DNA from: Clostridia bacterium | GTDB lineage: Bacteria; Bacillota; Clostridia; Oscillospirales; Acutalibacteraceae | Direction: 5' to 3' | Length of the DNA stretch: 64,000 bases | Assembly: GCA_017560255.1 (NCBI GenBank) | Contig: JAFYOI010000056.1 | Coordinates: forward strand, 46,639-110,638 | Shown: in pieces, positions 36,520-45,786 of the stretch | Numbering within the stretch: the stretch's first letter is position 1 | Layout: the number at the start of each line of letters is the position of its first letter | Notes under the pieces: model-generated | Databases searched by the model: none | The model's input: only the letters and a program-made list of their open reading frames with translations | What the model was told of the DNA's origin: nothing | Program-made: the position numbers and the translations under genes

Positions 36520-37995
36520 CTATAAATTAAATTCTGCATAAAATTCCGCTATGCGCTTTTTGCGAGCCAATATCGTTTCAAATCCCGATACGTACTCAAA
36601 CGGATATTTATAATTAAAAATTCGCTCAATCTTATTTACGTTCGGCACGCGTAATTTTGTAACCGCACCCGCACCGCAGGACAGAATAGTGTGAGTTTCA
36701 TCCATCATAAACACGTTGTAAAGACACTCGTATCCCGCCTTACTCCAGCCGACGTTTTCAAGATTACCCACCATCCGACTCTGGCGGTACATATAGTAAG
36801 GCGCATAGCCGTTGGCATACAGTTTCTCCTGGGCAACCGTGAGCATCTGTGCCACAAGTTCACTGTCTTTGAGGAAACTCCTGTCCTCCTGCGCCAAGGT
36901 AGACGACCGCTTTAATGACAAAGTATGCACGGTTATGCTTTCGGGTGACAATGCACAAATTCTGTCAAGTGTGTTTGTAAAACTCTCAAGCGTATCCTTA
37001 GGCAACCCCGCTATTATATCCATATTTATGTTGCCGATGCCGACTTCGCGCGACAGCGCAAACATCTCGAGCGCCTGCCGGGCGGTATGCGCCCTACCGA
37101 TTGCTTTTAGCACTTCGTCATTAAGTGTTTGTGGATTGATGCTTATGCGCTTGTTAATTCCGCTGTTGATAACCTCCAACTTTTCCGTTGTCAGAGTGTC
37201 GGGACGTCCCGCCTCAATTGTGTATTCCCGAAGGTTACTCAAATCAAAGCATTCAGCAATCGTATCAATGAGTTGTTTAAGTTGATCGGCGGAAAGCGTT
37301 GTCGGTGTTCCGCCGCCGAAATAAACGCTTTCAAGTCGCAATCCCAACGAATTTGCAATATCCGCAGTTTCCTTTATTTCACGTTTTAACAGTTCTACGT
37401 ACTGCGGAATAAGTTTGCTCGCCGACTTCATTGAACTTGAAACAAACGAGCAATAACTGCACCTCGTCGGACAAAACGGAATTGAAATATACAGACTAAA
37501 CGACTTGTCCTGTGACAAAGCAATAATATTATTCTCACTTTCCGCAACCTTACGCGCAAGTTTTGCTTTATCGGGTGATACAAGCAGTTCGTCTACAAAA
37601 AACTTCTCCGCCGCATCGTCACTACCGAATTTTTTTGACAGTGCGTGCATCAATTTTGCGGGGCGCACTCCAGTAAGAAGTCCCCACTGCGGCGTATAGC
37701 CCGTAACCTCGCGAAGCACTGTGTAAAGAGCGGTTGCCAGTATTCTCTCACAACGCTCATCGTAATCGACCCCATCACCGCCGATTTCATGCGTTGCTTC
37801 CCGTGTCTTGCCAAAAACGTTCACACGGGCAAAGGCAAAAGTTTTACCCTCCGTTTTCTCGATCTGAGTAAACACGCAGATGCCGTCGTCACCCTCGCCG
37901 TCCGTTATAACCTTTATTTGTTCGTCAGGGAAGAACACCCTGCAAATATTTTCACACTCGTACAGATACGGGTGATTTTTTACGTATAAAATCAT
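36520..37995 (-). CDS. hemZ: radical SAM coproporphyrinogen-dehydrogenase-like protein, HemZ type
   Basis: 491 aa with the CPTRCSYCSF radical SAM cluster motif and HemN-like architecture. Confidence 0.8.
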   Translation of the reverse strand: MILYVKNHPYLYECENICRVFFPDEQIKVITDGEGDDGICVFTQIEKTEGKTFAFARVNVFGKTREATHEIGGDGVDYDERCERILATALYTVLREVTGYTPQWGLLTGVRPAKLMHALSKKFGSDDAAEKFFVDELLVSPDKAKLARKVAESENNIIALSQDKSFSLYISIPFCPTRCSYCSFVSSSMKSASKLIPQYVELLKREIKETADIANSLGLRLESVYFGGGTPTTLSADQLKQLIDTIAECFDLSNLREYTIEAGRPDTLTTEKLEVINSGINKRISINPQTLNDEVLKAIGRAHTARQALEMFALSREVGIGNINMDIIAGLPKDTLESFTNTLDRICALSPESITVHTLSLKRSSTLAQEDRSFLKDSELVAQMLTVAQEKLYANGYAPYYMYRQSRMVGNLENVGWSKAGYECLYNVFMMDETHTILSCGAGAVTKLRVPNVNKIERIFNYKYPFEYVSGFETILARKKRIAEFYAEFNL

Positions 37996-37997
37996 AA

Positions 37998-38627
37998 CTA
38001 TCCCCTGAAATAAGGATTATATTTGCGCTCACATTCAAGCGTTGTTTCTTCGCCGTGTCCCGGCAACACTCTGTAATCGCCATTCATAGTTTTGCTGACA
38101 TTCTGAATTGATGCAAGCAACGTCATGTAGTCGCCGCCCGGCAAATCGCAACGCCCGATTGAACCCGCAAAAATTGTGTCGCCCGCAAAGATGGTATCGC
38201 CCACAACAAAGCAGCAGCCGCCCGTTGTGTGACCAGGGGTAAAAATAACTTTTACTTCAAGCGAACCGACGTTAATAGTCATTCCGTCTTTGAGTTCAAC
38301 GTCGCAGGACAGCGGTTTCTGCTTGCCCGGCATAACCTGAGAAGCAAGGCTGTAGCGCTCATTTTCAAGGCATTTTTTATCATTTGAGTGAATTGCAACC
38401 TTTGCACCCGTTATTTCTTTAAGTTCGTAAACACCCATAATATGATCAAAATGACCGTGGGTCAGAAGAATGTAATCAACACTCTTGATATCTGGTGACT
38501 GAACCGCATCTTTAAGTCCCTGAGTCATAAAGCCGGGGTCAATAACTGCCGCTTTGCCCGTTGTTTCGTCAAGCAGAATGTAGCAATTAGTTTCAATCAT
38601 ACCAACTACAACACGTTTTATAATCAT
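37998..38627 (-). CDS. MBL-fold metallo-hydrolase (glyoxalase II-like)
   Basis: LLTHGHFDHIMG motif, 209 aa. Confidence 0.85.
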   Translation of the reverse strand: MIIKRVVVGMIETNCYILLDETTGKAAVIDPGFMTQGLKDAVQSPDIKSVDYILLTHGHFDHIMGVYELKEITGAKVAIHSNDKKCLENERYSLASQVMPGKQKPLSCDVELKDGMTINVGSLEVKVIFTPGHTTGGCCFVVGDTIFAGDTIFAGSIGRCDLPGGDYMTLLASIQNVSKTMNGDYRVLPGHGEETTLECERKYNPYFRG

Positions 38628-38629
38628 AA

Positions 38630-39094
38630 TTATTTCTCCTTTTTAATCCAAGTTGCCGTATCCAGAATTATTGTCACAGGGCCATCGTTGAGCAGGCTTA
38701 CCGCCATATCACCGCCAAACACTCCCTTTTCAACCCTTTTCACTCCGCATCGTTTAAGTTCCGCAACAAAATACTCATAAAGCATATTTGCTGTTTCGGG
38801 TGCAGCCGCACCTGTGAAAGACGGTCTGTTGCCTTTCTTGTGGTCGGCGCAGAGGGTGAAGTTTGAAATAACAAGAATATCGCCGTTTATGTCAAGCACG
38901 GATAAATTCATTTTATCGTTTTCATCACTGAAAACACGCAGATTTGCAACCTTTGCAGCGAGAATTTCCGCATCCGCGTAGTCGTCGCCTTTCTCAACCC
39001 CCAGAAGCACCAGAAAACCCTTTTCAGCGCTGCCTTTAAGTTCATTATCAACGGTTACCGATGCATTGGAAACCCTTTGAATAACAGCCTTCAT
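38630..39094 (-). CDS. dtd: D-aminoacyl-tRNA deacylase
   Basis: MKAVIQRVSNASVTV... and SNFTLCAD...RPSF motifs. Confidence 0.95.
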   Translation of the reverse strand: MKAVIQRVSNASVTVDNELKGSAEKGFLVLLGVEKGDDYADAEILAAKVANLRVFSDENDKMNLSVLDINGDILVISNFTLCADHKKGNRPSFTGAAAPETANMLYEYFVAELKRCGVKRVEKGVFGGDMAVSLLNDGPVTIILDTATWIKKEK

Positions 39095-39134
39095 TTAAAT
39101 CCTCCCTTTAAGGTAAGAAAAACAATCCTTACCC

Positions 39135-41336
39135 TTACATTACAGTTCTTTCAACGGAGATTACGCCCTTCTCCTTAGCCAGCCTTGTAAGCACGTTTTT
39201 AAGGTGTTCTGAGCCATTTACAGTAATTGCAACGGTCATAATCGCCCTACCGTCCTTTGTTTCTCTTGCATTGATTGTGTGAATAATGACGTTGAGTTTA
39301 GCAAGCGCAGTAATTGTTTCCGCATACTGACCAACGATGTTTTCAGTAACAATCATAAGCCCCGCTCTGTACTGCTCCTTGATTTCCGTATCCCAGCGCA
39401 CGGGAATCCAGCGGTCTTTCTGCTGCTCCATTGCGCTGCCCTTGGGCACGTTTACACAGTCCATCTTATGAACAGAAACTCCGTAACCTCTTGTAATAAA
39501 GCCTATGATACTGTCACCCGGCAAGGGGTTGCAACAACGAGGGAATTTAACAAGGCAATCTTCAACGCCCTCAACAATAACGCCGTGTGAACTCTTTGAA
39601 GAATAGGACGGCATCGGTGTGAGTATATTTTCCTCATCCTCATTCGTCTTTACAAAGGCTTTAAAATCCTCACGGATTCGCGGCATAATTTTTGAAAGAT
39701 AAATACCACCGTAGCCGATTGCAGCAAAGAAATCCTCCACCGTCTTGTAGTGATATTTCTCGGCAATCATCAGATTGAATTCATCGGCGCGTTCCTTGGG
39801 AAGTACCATTTTGTTACGGCGAAGTTCGCGCTCGTACTCCTCCCTGCCCTGCTCAATATTTTCTTCTCTCTTTTCTTTCTTGAACCAAGCGCGGATTTTG
39901 TTCCTTGCCTGACTTGTGTGAACCATCTTAATCCAGTCACGACTCGGGCCCTTGCCCTGCTGTGAACTTGTGAGTACCTCGATAATTTCACCCGATTTGA
40001 TAACGTAATCAATGGGCACGATTCTACCGTCAACTTTCGCACCGACCATTCGGTTACCGACGGCAGAGTGAATAGCATAAGCAAAGTCAATTGTGTTCGA
40101 GCCTACGGGCAACGTAATTACGTCGCCTTTTGGAGTAAAGACGAGAACGTCCTCAAACATAATATCATTCTTGATTGTACGGACAATTTCCTCAATATCG
40201 TCCGCGTCGTTCTGGCTGTCAAGAAGTTGGCGCACCCACGCAAGCCTCTCCTCAAACTTATCCGTACCTTTAACGCCGAGTTTGTACTTCCAGTGCGCCG
40301 CAATACCGAGTTCAGCGGTCTGGTGCATCTCAAAAGTTCTTATCTGAACTTCAAACGGAATACCCTCTCTGCCAACAACCGTCGTGTGCAACGACTGATA
40401 CATATTTGGCTTCGGGTTTGAAATATAATCCTTAAATCTGCCCGGAATCGTTCTGTACATCTCGTGCACAAGACCGAGTGCATTATAACAATCACCAACT
40501 GAATTTACAATCAGTCGGACGGCATAAATATCATAAATCTCATCAAACGACTTGCCCTGGACGTATGCCTTACGGTAAATTCCGTGTACGCTCTTTATTC
40601 TGCCCTCAATCTTGACGTCGGGAATATAAGGACGGATTTTGTCATCAAGTTGCAATTTGACCTTGTTCAAAAATCCGTTCTGCAACTTCTCCTTTTCAGC
40701 AAGCATCGTTTCAACCTCTTTGTAAGCAACGGGGTCAAGGTTTCTGATCGCAAGATCTTCCAATTCTTCCTTTACCGCACGGATACCAAGACGGTGCGCA
40801 ATCGGCGCGTAAATTTCAAGCGTTTCAACGCTCTTATCAAGGCGCTTTTGCGGCGACATATATTGAAGCGTTCTCATATTATTGAGTCTGTCGGCAAGTT
40901 TGATGATAATAACGCGTATGTCGTTTGACATAGCAATGAGCATCTTTCTTACATTCTCCGCCTGCTGTTCCTCCTTTGTGGAAAGCGGAACTTTACCGAG
41001 TTTTGTAAGCCCGTCAACAATCAAAGAAACATCCTTACCGAACTCTTTTGCGATATAGCCGAGTTTGATATCCGTATCCTCAACAACATCGTGAAGCAGC
41101 GCGGAAACAACGGACTCATTATCCATACCAAGATCAACTACGATTTCCGCAACCTCTACGGGATGCTTAAAAAACGGCTCGCCCGAATAGCGAAGTTGAC
41201 CCATATGAGCACGGTACGCCAGATCGTAAGCCTTTCTTATCAAAGCAACGTCATACGTATTGTCTGTGTTTTCAATTTTTTCAAAAAATCTTTTTTCAAG
41301 TTTTTCCAAAAATACCTTCTGATCCATAGTGTTCAC
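39135..41336 (-). CDS. relA: bifunctional (p)ppGpp synthetase/hydrolase (RSH)
   Basis: 733 aa with HD domain (HDVVEDT), synthetase domain (YRSLHTTV-like QSLHTTVVG), and TGS and ACT C-terminal domains. Confidence 0.96.
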   Translation of the reverse strand: MNTMDQKVFLEKLEKRFFEKIENTDNTYDVALIRKAYDLAYRAHMGQLRYSGEPFFKHPVEVAEIVVDLGMDNESVVSALLHDVVEDTDIKLGYIAKEFGKDVSLIVDGLTKLGKVPLSTKEEQQAENVRKMLIAMSNDIRVIIIKLADRLNNMRTLQYMSPQKRLDKSVETLEIYAPIAHRLGIRAVKEELEDLAIRNLDPVAYKEVETMLAEKEKLQNGFLNKVKLQLDDKIRPYIPDVKIEGRIKSVHGIYRKAYVQGKSFDEIYDIYAVRLIVNSVGDCYNALGLVHEMYRTIPGRFKDYISNPKPNMYQSLHTTVVGREGIPFEVQIRTFEMHQTAELGIAAHWKYKLGVKGTDKFEERLAWVRQLLDSQNDADDIEEIVRTIKNDIMFEDVLVFTPKGDVITLPVGSNTIDFAYAIHSAVGNRMVGAKVDGRIVPIDYVIKSGEIIEVLTSSQQGKGPSRDWIKMVHTSQARNKIRAWFKKEKREENIEQGREEYERELRRNKMVLPKERADEFNLMIAEKYHYKTVEDFFAAIGYGGIYLSKIMPRIREDFKAFVKTNEDEENILTPMPSYSSKSSHGVIVEGVEDCLVKFPRCCNPLPGDSIIGFITRGYGVSVHKMDCVNVPKGSAMEQQKDRWIPVRWDTEIKEQYRAGLMIVTENIVGQYAETITALAKLNVIIHTINARETKDGRAIMTVAITVNGSEHLKNVLTRLAKEKGVISVERTVM

Positions 41337-43396
41337 CCTTCACACAGAGATAGTCTGTGTCTTAAATTACTCAATATCCTTGAATTATCAATATTACATC
41401 GGTTGCAATCGGGAACGAGTTCAACCGAAATTTTAGTTCCCTGCGGTCTGATTGAAACAACTTTTAATTCCGCAAGTACGTCAATCGCCGTCATTATGGA
41501 CGCAAGGCTATGCTTGCCGAAAAGGCGGTGATACATCATCTCGGGTTCATCTTTGAAGCCGCCCTTACTGCGCACGTAACGATAAACGTCGTTGAGCGTT
41601 TCTCTGCGCGGAGTTATGGTGCGAAGTTCCTGCGCGGTGAGTTCTTCGCCCCTTATGCCCTTTTCGTATATTCTTATATTATCCAGAATTTCGTTTTCAC
41701 GCTCGCTCGACATTCTGATATCAACAAGTTTTACGGAAACTTCTTTTTTACCCCTGAACTGAGAAGCGGAAATCTTCACCGCAACGTCAACCTCATCGCC
41801 GACAGTAAAAGTAAAATTATCAAAAGAGGATGCAAAAGAAATAACCTCTACGCTTGCGCTCTTTTTATAAAGACTCAACTTGACGTATTTTCCCTTTGCA
41901 AGTGGGATTATACGCCCGATTTTCATTTTAAACAAACCGAAAACGGGTTGAGGATTGCCTGCGCCAAACGGCTCCAAATCCCTAAATCCGTCAGCAAAGT
42001 CAAGTGTCAACACACCCGGATTGAGTTTACAATCTATTTTAATCGTAGGGTACGGCATATATTCAAAATTCTGCTGCGCGTACTCATTGATTCTCCTGCG
42101 GAATTCATCGACCATATTAATATCAACCGTCACGCCCGCCGCCATACTGTGGCCGCCGTACGCTTTGAGAATATCGCTGACAGCGCTGAGCGCTTCAAAG
42201 ATAGAAAACCCCTCTATGCTTCGGCAAGAACCGTAGGCAACGTCATCGTTTTCGCTGAGGACAATCGTAGGTTTGCCGTAAAATTCCGTCAGTTTTGCGC
42301 TGACAATTCCAAGCACACCCTCGTGCCAGCCTTTGCCGCTGACAACGATTACACGGTCATATATATTCATTCTTGAAAGTTCAATCTTTTTATATGCCTG
42401 TTCAAAAACTTCGCCGTCAATACTCTGACGTTCCTGATTATTTGAATTAAGCATCAAGGCAAGTTTCTTAGCGCTTTCTTCATCGTCACAAAGCAAAAAT
42501 TCAATAGCCTTGCCAGCCGCGCCCATTCTGCCCGCCGCATTTATTCTCGGCCCGAACATAAACGAGATATGAGTTGAGTTTATCTCCTCACTGATAGCGC
42601 AGATATTTTTAAGTTCCTTGATTGCAGGCTTTTCGGAAACATTGAACTGACGTAAACCGAACTCCACAAAAAGTCGGTTTTCGCTGACAAGAGGTACGAT
42701 ATCGGCAACTGTGCCGAGCAAAACGTACTCACCGTATTCACCGATAAGTTCCATATCGTCCGCCTCGGAAAGCGCGGTAACAAGTTTAAACGCAACGCCA
42801 ACACCCGCATAATCCTTGAATTCACTCGGACAATCGGCACGATGAGGATTGACAACGGCGCACGCCCTCGGCAAGAAATCCATCGGCTGATGGTGGTCGG
42901 TTACAACAAGTTCCATCCCTTTGTTATAAATATACTCAGCCTGCTCAAAAGCGGCAATTCCGTTATCCACCGTTACGATGAGGTTTACACCCTTGTCATA
43001 CAGTTTATCAATCGCGGCAATATTTAGTCCGTATCCCTCACTTCTTTCGGGCACGTACCAGATGACGTCTGCACCGCACGAACGGAAATATCGGTACAAA
43101 AGCACGGTAGCCGTGACCCCGTCGGCATCGTAGTCGCCGTAAATTGCAATTCTTTCCCCGCGCTCAAAAGCAAGATTGATTCGGTCAACCGCTTTATCCA
43201 TATCAATCAGGTCGTAGGGACACTGAAACCACGGTTCACGCATCAGGAATTCTTCCACCGACTCGTCGGCTCTGAATCCCCTTGCCGCCATAAGTAAAGA
43301 TGCGACGGGGCTGAGTCCGAAATTTTCGGAAATTTCCGCCGCTGTCTGCGGATTCGGTGTTAAAACTTCCCATCTTTTTCTACTCATCCCTGTCAC
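41333..43396 (-). CDS. recJ: single-stranded-DNA-specific exonuclease RecJ
   Basis: 687 aa with DHH motifs (IYGDYDADGVT, VTDHH) and a DHHA1 domain (GGHSMAAG). Confidence 0.95.
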   Translation of the reverse strand: MTGMSRKRWEVLTPNPQTAAEISENFGLSPVASLLMAARGFRADESVEEFLMREPWFQCPYDLIDMDKAVDRINLAFERGERIAIYGDYDADGVTATVLLYRYFRSCGADVIWYVPERSEGYGLNIAAIDKLYDKGVNLIVTVDNGIAAFEQAEYIYNKGMELVVTDHHQPMDFLPRACAVVNPHRADCPSEFKDYAGVGVAFKLVTALSEADDMELIGEYGEYVLLGTVADIVPLVSENRLFVEFGLRQFNVSEKPAIKELKNICAISEEINSTHISFMFGPRINAAGRMGAAGKAIEFLLCDDEESAKKLALMLNSNNQERQSIDGEVFEQAYKKIELSRMNIYDRVIVVSGKGWHEGVLGIVSAKLTEFYGKPTIVLSENDDVAYGSCRSIEGFSIFEALSAVSDILKAYGGHSMAAGVTVDINMVDEFRRRINEYAQQNFEYMPYPTIKIDCKLNPGVLTLDFADGFRDLEPFGAGNPQPVFGLFKMKIGRIIPLAKGKYVKLSLYKKSASVEVISFASSFDNFTFTVGDEVDVAVKISASQFRGKKEVSVKLVDIRMSSERENEILDNIRIYEKGIRGEELTAQELRTITPRRETLNDVYRYVRSKGGFKDEPEMMYHRLFGKHSLASIMTAIDVLAELKVVSIRPQGTKISVELVPDCNRCNIDNSRILSNLRHRLSLCEG

Positions 43397-43468
43397 CTCT
43401 CATTCCTTTATAATTATAATCTATTATTGTAACATATATATCTGCCTTTTTCAATCGTTTGCAACATT

Positions 43469-44128
43469 TTATGACAACGATAAATACGTATCGGGCACTG
43501 TGCCGATTATTATTGTTTCCGCTATCGGCACACTCAGAGTAATTTCGTTCATCGTTTCCCTACCAAGCATTACAACGTACACGATACATCGCACGTCCAT
43601 AGTAACACTGTGCCGAGTCTGATTTATACCAACACTTTCAAATTCGCTCCTTACTTCAACTTCACTGCTGCCCGTCAATTTGATGCTGACAGATATGTCC
43701 GGACCTTTTCCAACAAAAACACTGTTACCGAAAAGCGTACCCATCGGCACTTGTATTTCTTCATTTTCAACGCTTTGAAGAGCGTTCAACAATCCTTGTG
43801 TAACCCCCGTTTTAATTTTATTGACTGCTGCAACATCAGCCATAACCGCCGTTACAACGTTGTTATCATCGCGTTCAATATGCACTATGTCAGCGTAACC
43901 CACACCACTGCTTTCAACCGCTTCGGCAGCGGCAACGTTGATTGATTCGTAGCAAAGTCTGTTTACGATATTTTCTGCATACACTCGCACAATGGGCTTC
44001 ATTCTGACCTCAACGGTAATAACAAGTAGCAGCGCAATCGCAAGCGTAAACAAAATAATCCCCTTTTTATTTTTACGGCGGCGTAACCGCCTCTTCTTAT
44101 GTAAACGCAAAAAAGCACCCCCTACCAC
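43469..44128 (-). CDS. yunB: sporulation protein YunB
   Basis: Basic N-terminus followed by a TM segment. Size and context resemble YunB family proteins. Confidence 0.6.
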   Translation of the reverse strand: MVGGAFLRLHKKRRLRRRKNKKGIILFTLAIALLLVITVEVRMKPIVRVYAENIVNRLCYESINVAAAEAVESSGVGYADIVHIERDDNNVVTAVMADVAAVNKIKTGVTQGLLNALQSVENEEIQVPMGTLFGNSVFVGKGPDISVSIKLTGSSEVEVRSEFESVGINQTRHSVTMDVRCIVYVVMLGRETMNEITLSVPIAETIIIGTVPDTYLSLS

Positions 44129-44158
44129 AGTATATGTGATTTAGGCGGTGCCTGTTTT

Positions 44159-44755
44159 TTATTTTATACTTTCTCTCGCCTTTTCAAGCGCTGATAAATA
44201 TTCTTCCTCACTGTAACTTTCGTTGATAACCTTAACAAGCGAATTTGCGGACAACCTCTCGGGTAACGAGAGCGCTTTCAATAACTCCACGCGCAGTTTT
44301 GAACTGTCGGAATTGCCGCTTATGCCGTCGGAATAAAGTCGGTATTTCGTCATAAAAGCGGGTTTGCTATCAACAACTTCACAGATTACGCCCGCACGTT
44401 CAAGCGCTTCTACGATCAGTTTTGACGGTACACCTTCAACGCCGAGTTTTCCTTCCTTCGAGCCCTTTTCCTTGCGCGGCTCCTTGCCCAGAATGTCGGG
44501 AATGTACGCATGGAAAATCTTATCGGAATCCACACTGCCAGAAATGTACGAGCGGATTTTGAACCCCGCAACGTCACTGTCCGTCATTATGAGCAGTCCG
44601 TTGGTTTCCGCAAGCCGTCTTATCATAGCCATTTTCTCGCTATCCTTGAAAATCTCAAACCCATCGGTTGTAATTATCAAAGCATCAACAATTGATTCAA
44701 GTTTGATTTTATCATACTTGCCCTCAACTATTACCGCCTGTTTTATCTTAATCAT
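44159..44755 (-). CDS. Toprim domain protein (RNase M5-like / DUF4093)
   Basis: AVIVEGKYDKIKL ... LLIMTDSDVAGFKIR are Toprim motifs. Confidence 0.7.
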   Translation of the reverse strand: MIKIKQAVIVEGKYDKIKLESIVDALIITTDGFEIFKDSEKMAMIRRLAETNGLLIMTDSDVAGFKIRSYISGSVDSDKIFHAYIPDILGKEPRKEKGSKEGKLGVEGVPSKLIVEALERAGVICEVVDSKPAFMTKYRLYSDGISGNSDSSKLRVELLKALSLPERLSANSLVKVINESYSEEEYLSALEKARESIK

Positions 44756-45786
44756 ATCATCAATAGCCTCACTATCAATTCTTCAATAACAAGATTGCCA
44801 TCCATTTTGGAAGTTTTAAGCAACTCGTCCGCCCTGTTAAGTTCCTCAAGCGCTTTTCTGAGTTGTTCAAGCGAAAGCGAAGAAGCATTTTTTGCCGCGT
44901 TTCTCAGGCGGAATTCCTTGCCCTTATAGCAAGCGAAGGTTTCACCGAGAAGCGCATAACTGCCCGTCTGCTGCACTGCAACCTTAACCCTGTACATATC
45001 GGTGTAAGTCATAACAATTGCACCAAGAATTTTCAGTGGCTCTTCACGAAGCACAAAAAGTTCGTTAAGTGCTGCAAACGCCTTATCGGAGTTACCCGCA
45101 ACAAGCGCTTTCGTCACGTCAAACGCGTTTGAATCAATCGACTTTGAACAAAGTTTGTCAACCGCCTGCCTCGTCACCTCTCCACCCGCGCAATAAGCCG
45201 TGAGTTTCTCCGTTTCACTGAGCAATAGGTACAGATCATCACCAACTACTTCAATAATGTAGTTAAGTGTGCTTTCGCTGACCGTGCACCCTCTCTTTAT
45301 AATTCCCGCACCGAGTATCTTTTTGATTTCCGCGGGAGTTTTTGTGTTACATTCAACTGCAGTGCCGACCTTTTCAACAATCTTTATAACTGCGTTCTGG
45401 TTTTTTGTCTTGCCCGTAGTTTCGGAAAATTGCCAGAAAATCAAAACGGAACTTTGCGGCATATCGTTAAGTGTTTCCTTCAATTGTGTAAATTCTGAAT
45501 CCGACAGACTCTCAAACGGAAAGTCCGTCACAAGTATGCAGGAATATTCACTCATAAACGGAAACGATTCAACCGCCGCAAGAACGTCATCAAGCCTTGT
45601 GTCCTTACCGTCAAACTTCTTGAAGTCAAAACTGTCCTTGCCTGCATCGGCAAATTTAGTGAGGAGGAGGTCCACACTTGTCCTTTTAAGGTATTCTTCG
45701 TTTCCGTATACAAAGTAGACGTTGGAAACTTCATTGTTTTTCAAACTGAGCCTCAAGCCCTTGTCGTCAACTTTTGCCATTGTCAT
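44752..45786 (-). CDS. holA: DNA polymerase III subunit delta
   Basis: VYFVYGNEEYL N-terminus and about 345 aa. An ATGA overlap with the comEC stop places the start at 45786. Confidence 0.85.
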   Translation of the reverse strand: MTMAKVDDKGLRLSLKNNEVSNVYFVYGNEEYLKRTSVDLLLTKFADAGKDSFDFKKFDGKDTRLDDVLAAVESFPFMSEYSCILVTDFPFESLSDSEFTQLKETLNDMPQSSVLIFWQFSETTGKTKNQNAVIKIVEKVGTAVECNTKTPAEIKKILGAGIIKRGCTVSESTLNYIIEVVGDDLYLLLSETEKLTAYCAGGEVTRQAVDKLCSKSIDSNAFDVTKALVAGNSDKAFAALNELFVLREEPLKILGAIVMTYTDMYRVKVAVQQTGSYALLGETFACYKGKEFRLRNAAKNASSLSLEQLRKALEELNRADELLKTSKMDGNLVIEELIVRLLMI